A DNA stretch of 7,324 bases from positions 1-7,324 of the forward strand of contig JALDTO010000234.1 in the NCBI GenBank assembly GCA_023515725.1. The letters run 5' to 3'. The stretch is from Amoeboaphelidium protococcarum X5 (taxonomy: Eukaryota > Fungi > Aphelidiomycota). The stretch's first letter is position 1. Each line of letters begins with the position of its first letter. The notes beneath the pieces were generated by a model. It ran no database searches and had not been told where the DNA came from. It was given only the letters and a program-made list of their open reading frames with translations. Both the position numbers and the translations under genes were made by a program. Positions 1 through 7,324 of this stretch are shown here, piece by piece.

Positions 1-273
1 CGGATAGCAGACTCAGTTATGAGCCGCCCCGTCGCGTTGCGTCGCTGAGCCGCTCTACGTCGTGGGTCGACAGGAACTGAAACTCTTGGTCGGCATGTCC
101 GGGACGTTGCTGGATATTCCTTTTGGCTATAGCCAATTGACAGTGATAAGAAAGCTCCTCTGGAAGAGTCAAATATTGCTGTGTTCTCGGATAAAAGTGA
201 ATTGAGTGTGTTATATAGATTACATTATTATAATGTTGTTTCGCTTACTTTACCGTTTGCTTAGCGAAGGCAT
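1..273 (-). CDS. Possible 5' part of a gene running off the left edge (exon 273-249, intron 248-160, exon 159-<1); product unknown
   Basis: ATG CCT TCG CTA AGC AAA CGG TAA A/GTAAGC ... TTTGACTCTTCCAG/AG gives MPSLSKRQKELSYHCQLAIAKRNIQQRPGHADQEFQFLSTHDVERLSDATRRGGSQLSLLS, open to the edge. Positions 1-120 are about 60% GC, while the putative intron is AT-rich. No homology recognised, and other frames are also partly open. Confidence 0.35.
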
Positions 274-676
274 GACTGTTAGACGAAAGAAGCGGTTTCA
301 GCATTTTCTCGCGTCACAAAACGATTTTTCTGAATTTTTGTGCAGATATGTATCTGGCTTTTGATGGACTATCGTTTTACACAGTTTTTACGATCATAGT
401 GCAAAAAAGTGTACTGCCAAATAGGGGGTCCGTACATGTAACAACACTATGACTTTAAAGCCTTATAACTTTCTTTGTAGAAATATTTACTTGAAAATGT
501 TCTGATAGATCAAAAGCTCTCATAGAGATACGTCGATTTATCACGTTAAAATCAAAATGTACTGAAGTTTGAGTGACTTGATAGCCTCGGCGTTTCGGCT
601 CTTACGTTTGTCGGGTTACGGTTGCGGGCACTATACTACGAAAAGGATTGAGGTCAAACTTCCAAAGAAAGACAAT

Positions 677-700
677 GCTGCTGCTGCTGCTGCTGCTGCT
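677..700. repeat. (GCT)8 microsatellite
   Basis: Eight perfect GCT units read directly from the sequence. Confidence 0.95.
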
Positions 701-743
701 ACGAAGGCACGTAAATTGCATAAAAATAAATCATTTAACAATA

Positions 744-1282
744 TCACTGATTATATTAATTGCTCCTTTTGTAGAAAAGGTCGTTAATATATTGAGCAAG
801 AGTCATGGAGGATTGGAAAGCCATATGCCGGAAGTTGTAAAACTTGGTAATGAGTGCCAAGTGAAACGGGATTTTAATGACTAGTTACTTTTAAGAGCTG
901 ACAAGGTTGAGGATCCACTTAACTTGACTAATTAGTAAGTAACCGGGCTAACTGATTCTCATTGTATCTAAGAGGCTGATCCTTTGGCGCAGAATCATAA
1001 GAAGAAATGCACCAAAAAACTACCTACCTGTGAATCAGATACTAGCTCAAACCGCGTTGATGGACGAGTGTGATATTTGTGAAACGTACAGTGTTTGAAC
1101 GATGTACTTTCAAACAGTGCATTCTTGAAGTTGATGTATGCGCAGATTATTGGATGATAGCCGAGTAAAGACACTTGGGTTAAGTGTTGTGAATGATTAT
1201 TAATTGGGTACCTCGAGTGTATTTAATTTCTTTTCACGTGTGTCATAAACAGCTAGTTCTCAATTTACGACGCGGTAGACAT
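744..1282 (-). CDS. Tentative small intron-containing gene divergent from the DUF726 gene; structure unresolved
   Basis: ATG at 1282 opens MSTASQIENQLFMTHVKRNQIHSRYPINNHSQHLTQVSLLGYHPIICAYINFKNALFESTSFKH... There are donor-like sites (GTACGT, CAG/GTAGGT, GTAACT) and a possible last exon FYNFRHMAFQSSMTLAQYINDLFYKRSNQYNQ-TGA followed by AT-rich sequence. Long ORFs arise easily by chance when only TGA stops, so support is weak. Confidence 0.25.
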
Positions 1283-1496
1283 ATCGCGATTGCTGATTGC
1301 TCAAGTTCTCGTTCTCTATATCCTTTGTTCCAACAAATCTTTTTTTTGTTTTAACAGAAAATCTTTCTTGGTGTTGGATATAACAAGTCCGCTAATCATC
1401 ACATAGCCTATTGCCTTTAAGGTGATTTTACTGCTACACTCCAGATAGTATTTTGGCCTTGCAGATTTTTTGGTAGACGCTTCATCCTGATTACAT

Positions 1497-4400
1497 ATGA
1501 GCCATCATGACTTTATTGATGATGAACTGACGCGAAATGTCTGGGCTGAGAACTATGATGAAGTGGAAGAGTCTTATAATTCGACAAAGTAGTCACCATA
1601 CTCCTCACATATCTAGTCTCCGGTGCCCATTAGTGACGAAGAATCTCTGGTTCAGGCTTAGCTGTAAAGTATCGCCATTCAGAGTGACTCTTAAAAAGAT
1701 ACATCTCCGCCAATGATGAGTGTCTAATTAGAATCCACCTCGACTCCTGTGAAAGAGAATGTTCATACTGCTCCTGTCTCTCCGTTGGAATAATCTTCTG
1801 TTGCTACTTTATCTCCAACTACATTGTTTACTGCGCACCCAGAGCCTGATAAAGATGTCTAATAGGATGATGAGGTCGATGATGATGATGATGGGGAATA
1901 GGAATAGGAATAGGAAGTTAATTTATCCGGAGATACCATTAATTCTCCCGTTGCTGAAACTGAAGTTCAACAGGCCAACATGACCAAGGAAGAGCAACAG
2001 TAGCTCTTTAACAATTTGCTTGAAGAAGCAGTTTGGGTGGACGTACCGGATCTCAAAGACATCCTGGATGAGCAGGAGCGGATTGCATTCGCTGGGCTGA
2101 TACTAATTATCATTCGGAAATTGGCTCATAGATTTGCTCGATTTCAATTTGTAGACTTGGCCGCATTGTAAAAGCACATCACTTAACAGCAGCAGCAAAG
2201 CAATGCAAATGTAAAGAAATCTAAAGACAGTCTTCTCTATGATTATTCTGACTAGGAGTCTAGCGATGATGACGATGTAAATGGTGGCTAGCACTCTAAA
2301 AGCACTAGTTCACAGTAGATAGTCTCAGCTGAACCATTTGAGTCGGAGTTTTACACTCATTTGCATGCGCAAGATAACATCACCCACTTGGTGTATATCG
2401 GAGTTAATATCACGGCCAATACATCGCTGGCATACGCTGTTAATGATTATCTGAGTTGGGGTAATGAGTTTTATGATTCTCTGTGTAAAGACTTGGAGAT
2501 AGATTTTCAGGAGCAACATTTTATCGAGAGCAGTCTGCAGTTTATGACAATGTCATAGCTGAAGAGTAACATACGATTGAATGATCAAGATTCTGTGCAA
2601 AAGATTGAATTTGATAAAGATGGATAGTTGACCGGGGACTCTAAGAATATGTCGAAGATGAAAAGAACTTTTATTCTGTGGAATATAATGATTTTATTAA
2701 TGTAATCTGATCGATAAAGAGCCAATACAAGTAAAGAGAATGATAATCTTGTGCACAAGGAGACTATTTTGTTAAACACTTTGGATTGTAGATCGCGTCA
2801 GTTTATGAAGCTGCTGGCTTTAGAGTGTCTTGGTGTTGATAACTGTTTAGATGTCGTGGAGTTTATTGAAAGTCCTTTAAAGTTTACATATTTAGCTAGC
2901 GATGAAACGGAGGACTTTATGGCGTCTTCGGATCAATTTGTCACTAGTCCTACTTCGACCACAGCTGATGCTTTCACCTCTAAACCTTCTGATAATAAGA
3001 CCGCTGATACAAAGTCTAGAGAGCGAACAGAGTCTGAGAGGAATCGACAAATTGCCGATAAAAAGCTGGCTGCCAAGAATAAGCGTAAAAGAGTCGGAAT
3101 GATGACTGCTGCTGCTATCGGTGGTGGACTTATGCTTGGTGTATCAGCTGGACTTGCTGCTCCACTGCTCGTAGCCGGACTCGGTACTGCTCTGACTGCA
3201 GTCCATGTTGCCGGAGCTTCAGCTTTTCTGTCTAGCGTTGGCGGTACAGCTCTAATCACATCAAGTGCAACCCTCTTCGGAACATCATACGCAGGATACA
3301 AAATGGGAAAGAGGACGGCAGATGTTCAAGTGTTCAAATTCATTCCTCTCTAGCTTAATACCATGGCATCCACTGATACGAGTCAGGCACCAGCAGTTAT
3401 TATTTCCATTGCCGGCTGGGTGTTTAACAAAAAGGGTAAATCAGCCAGAACATCATAGTAGACCAGTCCTATGCCTAGTGGAAGTTCGCAAAAGAAATCT
3501 CTGCTCTCAAATCAGCAATAGCAATAGCACTCTGAGCAGTCTACTGATGAGACTCTTGCTTGTGGACTGGAGGATTTAATTATCCCGTTTGTTGGTCTCT
3601 CTGCTATCAATGGTGCGCATTACTCTCTCTGCTTTGATCCGCATATTCTATCTACTCTTGGGGATGCTTTGAAAATGTTTGCCAGTGAATTGGTGTCTTT
3701 CTCCACTCAGTAGATTCTGTAATAGACTGTGCTGAGTACTTTAATGTCTGGACTTACTTGGCCTCTGTGGCTAATAAAGTTGAGCTACCTGGTTGATAAT
3801 CCGTGGTCTATGGGTTTGGATCGAGCCTAGAAATCCGGATATCTCTTAGCTGACTCTTTATGTAATAACATTCAAAATTCTAAGCCTGTCACTCTTGTCG
3901 GATACTCTCTTGGTGCCAGAGTCATTTTCTATTGCCTGTTAGAGTTAGCCAAGCGTGGTAAGTATGGGATCGTGCAAGATGTGTATCTCTTTGGCACTCC
4001 GATACTTACAACTCATGTCACTTTGTCCAATGGATCTAATGCAAAGAACAATAATAGTGTAATGCCCCTTAATGTGGAATAGTCAGATCCTTTTATCAAA
4101 CCGGAGAATATTAATTCTTCATCTCCGAATGCTTTTTAATCTTTGGACGAGTGGCGATCAGCAATATCTGTGGTTGGTGGAAGACTGTTTAATTGCTTTA
4201 GCCGTGTTGATTGGGTGCTTGGGTTTCTGCTCAGAGCATCAGTAGCTGGACTTTATGATGTTGCCGGTCTGTCCCCGGTAATACTGGACGAAACAGAGAC
4301 ACCAGATGTTATAACGTTGTTTGATGAGATGACAGAAGACGAGGGGAGATAACGCGCCAACGTAGAAGCTGAAGTTCGCCTCAAGTCCACGTCAAGGCTT

Positions 4401-4640
4401 CTGGTGAATGTCGATATAACTGATGTGGTCACTGGGCATCTCCAGTATCGTACAAAGATGCCTCAGTTGGCTAGGCGTGTATGTGGATTTGCCACATGGT
4501 CAGAATCCACAGAAGTTTTACAAGAAATTGTGGCTGGCAGTTGGCTCGATGAGATTGATGGATGGTGGTCAGAGGAGAAGTAGAAACTGTCCAGAAAGCA
4601 ATCTAAGAAGAGTGGCAAAAAGAGTCAGTCAAAAAGATGA
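1497..4640 (+). CDS. TMCO4: DUF726 family (TMCO4 / yeast Mil1-like) membrane-associated alpha/beta-hydrolase-like protein, 1047 aa under TAA/TAG=Gln
   Basis: ATG at 1497 follows an in-frame TGA at 1488. One frame then runs 1047 codons with no TGA until 4638-4640 and contains about 35 in-frame TAA/TAG (hand count). Track ORFs 2361-2558, 2751-3353 and 4143-4352 are pieces of this frame. Family motifs: Gly/Ala-rich hydrophobic block AAAIGGGLMLGVSAGLAAPLLVAGLG, then ISIAGW, QQILQQTVLSTLMSGLTWPLWLIKLSYLVDNPW, KPVTLVGYSLGARVIFYCLLELAKRG (GxSxG at 3900-3914), VQDVYLFGTP, VVGGRLFNCFSRVDWVLGFLLR and VNVDITDVVTGHLQY. Long acidic low-complexity N-terminus and Lys-rich C-terminus. Confidence 0.93.
1878..1916 (+). 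repeat. Coding microsatellites (GAT)5 and (GAATAG)3, encoding DDDDDGEQEQEQE
   Basis: Read directly; in frame within the acidic N-terminus of the DUF726 CDS. Confidence 0.85.
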
Positions 4641-4826
4641 GCTTTATACATTGTATATACAGTACATGATGAGTTTGGAACCATAATTATATTTTTACTT
4701 TATCTCCATTCATCGTTGTTTTCGATTATGAAGTCACCTGTCAGTTTCCATTTTCGTTTTATCTGCGAGAAAAGTGAAACAGGACGCGTCTCCTTTGTTT
4801 CAACCGCACTGGAGCTGAGGATTGAC

Positions 4827-6200
4827 ATGATGAAAGTATACGTAGCTGCTGCACTTGCGCTTATACCTCTACTGTCTATATGTGGTCGCTCTCTTTCGCT
4901 GGATGGCCGCTAAACTTATGCTATAAGTCGCTGTCACCCTGAAGATCCAGAACTTATATCTACGGGCCAACTCGATATTGTATTTGAGAAATGTCCAGAT
5001 GGCTATGTGTGCAGGAGTCATAAAACCCTTTAAAAGCACCTTGATATGCCTGCGACATCATTTGCTCATTGCGTAGATAAGAAGCTACTGAATCTCGATT
5101 AATTCTGCTCTGATAAGCTTGCTGCTGCGGCTGCTACATAAAATATTCAATTGCCCGAAGAGATCTCCAGCTCTCCAGTGAATTACACTCTTTTGGCTGT
5201 AACAACATGCAGTCCATTTGATTCTAACAGCAAATAATAAGTTTAATGCTCTTTGGTTTTGACTGATCTCACGTAAACTAAAGTTTAATTCCAGATTAAT
5301 CCATGTCCGCAATTTGATGTTTGCCGCAAGTACTAGCAAGTTACCTATTCTGGTGATACTGTAAGTTTAACATCTCAATAACAAATTATCTCACAAAGCC
5401 TTGTGTAGAAAAGCTACTGTGAATAGCCAGTACATGCTTTATGCAAGGATCGATTTTTTAACGTTTACGCTCAGTCTATCAAATAGAATCTGCTAACAAC
5501 CTCTGACGTGCAGCAAGGAGAAATTGAATTCAAGTTTTGCGATCCTTACAAGTAGAATAAATACCTGGGATGCTCAATGAAATACACTGTTCACATGCAG
5601 AGAGATGACGATCTGTATCATGGATAGCCTCGCGAAATCAAATTTTAATTCAATCATATCACTGTGTCTCATCATTTCTGTTCGTAAAAGTTGATAAGAT
5701 AAAGTGGTCTTACATAATTGGACACATAGTAGAGCTATTTAGATACAACTTTCATCAATTCTGGGCCTTAATGTCGCCAGTTTACTCCCTCTGTAATGCG
5801 CTGTACTTCAAGACCGAGCGTTCGTTCCAATCCATAGGCCGTGTAAAAGCTTCGATCATCCACAACAGCTGATATATTCAATCAATTGTTTCAACTCGGG
5901 GAATTTGTACATTTCTGCGCTGATAAAGATGAGCCTGGTCAGTATTGTCTTCCCGGAAGTCCAGAGATTGGTATCATTTGTCCTCAAGGTAGAGCTGTTT
6001 CTTGTCCTCGCCCTTTTATCACTGATCCCAACAACTGGAATGATTTAGGCTAGGCGCCTCGATGTGTACAAAGTTATGGCCCTTTCCCAGGATTTATATA
6101 AGGTGATCCTTTCAGATTGCCGCTTAATGCTCCGTATGATATGTTCACTGGTGTCAAGTTGAAACAAGGCCATTATGCGCAGTGTAAAGTGATGAAATGA
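4827..6200 (+). CDS. Uncharacterised secreted cysteine-rich protein (457 aa unspliced, 441 aa if 5361-5408 is spliced out)
   Basis: The frame from ATG 4827 has no TGA until 6198-6200 and has about 25 exonic in-frame TAA/TAG. N-terminus MMKVYVAAALALIPLLSICG/RSL looks like a signal peptide. 22 Cys follow it, plus an NYT sequon; no obvious TM segment. An upstream in-frame ATG at 4728 is an alternative, less likely start. No family recognised. Confidence 0.82.
5361..5408 (+). other. Candidate 48-nt phase-0 spliceosomal intron (frame-preserving)
   Basis: Begins GTAAGT, has a branch-like TCTCAC and AT-rich interior, and ends TGTGTAG, the same 3' end as intron 6483-6544. Length is 3n and there is no TGA, so splicing is not forced by the frame. 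Confidence 0.6.
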
Positions 6201-6258
6201 TTGCAAAGGATTATGTGAGGAGAATCTGTTTTATTACGCTCAGATTATAAAACTTTTT

Positions 6259-6844
6259 TCACAATTTCTTTTTCAGTTTAGGCAACTTGCTGCTAGATGC
6301 ACCATCTTTCTGATCCAAAAGTAGCTGAGAATCGAGATTGAACTGGTTGCGGCCATTAGTCTCATCCAAAATTGCCTTCTTGCGGTCGCGCACTTCTTTA
6401 GCACGGTCCTAGTCTGCTTTTGCCTTCAATTGAACTCTTGACAGCTCAGCTAATCTATTCTACTCGGCCTATTCTTCCTTCTCTACACATTCATACTATT
6501 AAAATATTTTATGACTTTAAGCTAAATTGCGCGCTAATTAATACCTTTTAATTCAGCAGCCAGGCGTGCGTTATCTTTAGTATCTTCAGGTGTCTTATCC
6601 TCTGCATCTCTGATAAATGCTGGCTTGTTAGATGGTACCTTTAACTCGTCCGCAGATACTTCAAACACGACAGCTACAAGGATCTGGGTATGATGAAATA
6701 TCAAAATTTAGTTCAACTCTATTTCATACAATTTCACTTACATTTTAGAGGCTTTTTGGCATCTTGGGCCTTACCATTTTGCTATGGCTTCTAATCCTAC
6801 GACTCGGCCAAGTTGCTCTGCTCACTGGATGGTCCACAGCCCAT
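6259..6844 (-). CDS. Stathmin-like (STMND1-like) protein with N-terminal myristoylation/palmitoylation motif, 151 aa; exons 6844-6742, 6673-6545, 6482-6259
   Basis: Spliced translation with TAG=Q: MGCGPSSEQSNLAESQDQKPQQNGKAQDAKKPLKSVVFEVSADELKVPSNKPAFIRDAEDKTPEDTKDNARLAAELKEKEEQAEQNRLAELSRVQLKAKADQDRAKEVRDRKKAILDETNGRNQFNLDSQLLLDQKDGASSSKLPKLKKKL, ending TGA. Exons of 103+129+224 nt sum to 456 nt, and both GT-AG introns are phase 1. The gene structure is well supported; the stathmin assignment comes from by-eye motif alignment. Confidence 0.8.
6483..6544 (-). other. Intron 2 (62 nt) of the stathmin-like gene
   Basis: Minus strand AAG/GTATTA...TGTGTAG, AT-rich. Removal joins AELK/EKEEQAEQNR into one charged helix. 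Confidence 0.8.
6674..6741 (-). other. Intron 1 (68 nt) of the stathmin-like gene
   Basis: Minus strand GTAAGT...CCTTGTAG, AT-rich. Removal gives the continuous frame KPLK/SVVFEV. Confidence 0.8.
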
Positions 6845-7324
6845 ATTTTCGCGTTATTGCTTAGAAGAATGACTCTGTAAAAGTGTTAGTGATGAAAAGT
6901 TGGATGAATATGTGTCAATTTGAAAATGAAGATTATGTCGCACCACTGACTATATGAAAATATTTGAAGTTAAAAATAGCCATCTCTTTGAGCTGTTTCA
7001 ACTGAAATATGATTGTAACGATTGTGAGGATGTACGATCATTAAACGATTACTTTGGTACATGGAGTTTCCTTAAACTTCAAAGTATTACCTAGTATATA
7101 CTTTCTACGTCGCATTAATGGATAATACTCCATGTATGGGTAGACAGTTAATAACAACGCGGTCAATTGATCTCGCAGCCTCGGGAAATCTGTAAGCAGT
7201 GCAAGTAGCGTTGTATCACTCAGTTGATACTACGTTGGTCTCTTGGCAGTCTGCGATTCGCCAAATTTCTATATTGATTTCGTGTAACGTTGATTTAATT
7301 GACTGTACACTCCTGAGTTGCAAC

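Noticed and set aside
569-884. Track ORFs 569-787 and 648-884 (poly-Ala / poly-Leu)
   Set aside because: TTG starts, homopolymers that are just the GCT microsatellite, and TAA/TAG ends that are not stops in this code.
1092-1118. Inverted repeat TGTTTGAA...TTCAAACA
   Set aside because: An 8-bp AT-rich stem is compatible with chance, and there is no ncRNA or terminator context.
1497-4640. Pseudogene interpretation of the stop-riddled DUF726 gene
   Set aside because: All interruptions are TAA/TAG, never TGA or frameshifts; motifs are intact, and neighbouring genes show the same pattern.
1759-4686. Track ORFs 1759-1983, 2103-2294, 2325-2519, 2585-2779, 2902-3102, 2933-3301, 3265-3579 and 4423-4686 as separate genes
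   Set aside because: They are alternative-frame or antisense shadows of the single DUF726 CDS.
5085-5339. 84-aa minus-strand ORF
   Set aside because: Antisense to the secreted Cys-rich gene, non-ATG start, no recognisable features.
6183-6200. C-terminal CKVMK as a CaaX prenylation signal
   Set aside because: The Cys is fifth from the end, not fourth, and the protein appears secreted.
6850-7324. Gene at the right end (plus ORF from ATG 6954, plus ORF from about 7118 open to the edge, or a minus ORF of about 94 codons entering from the edge)
   Set aside because: Several mutually exclusive frames are open, as expected with a single stop codon, and none shows a recognisable motif, so I cannot choose between them.
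1-7324. Prokaryotic or phage systems (CRISPR array, operon, recoded phage with TAG=Gln)
   Set aside because: No repeat-spacer array. Spliceosomal introns and eukaryotic proteins are present, and both TAA and TAG are recoded, unlike phage code 15.

Overview
Gene-dense eukaryotic nuclear DNA that uses a non-standard genetic code, with TAA/TAG read as Gln and TGA as the only stop (NCBI table 6). The supplied ORF track is therefore fragmented and misleading. Re-translating by hand gives three complete genes. (1) 1497-4640 (+): an intronless 1047-aa DUF726 / TMCO4 / yeast Mil1-type alpha/beta-hydrolase-like membrane protein with a GYSLG motif. (2) 4827-6200 (+): an unrecognised secreted cysteine-rich protein, about 441-457 aa, with a possible 48-nt in-frame intron. 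(3) 6844-6259 (-): a three-exon 151-aa protein with an N-terminal MGCGPS acylation motif and a stathmin-type tubulin-binding repeat (STMND1-like), absent from the ORF track. Weaker gene models lie at 273-<1 (-) and 1282-744 (-); the right end (6850-7324) is unresolved. A fungus-like DUF726 protein, short GT-AG introns and TAR=Gln best fit an aphelid such as Amoeboaphelidium protococcarum; this taxon assignment is inference.
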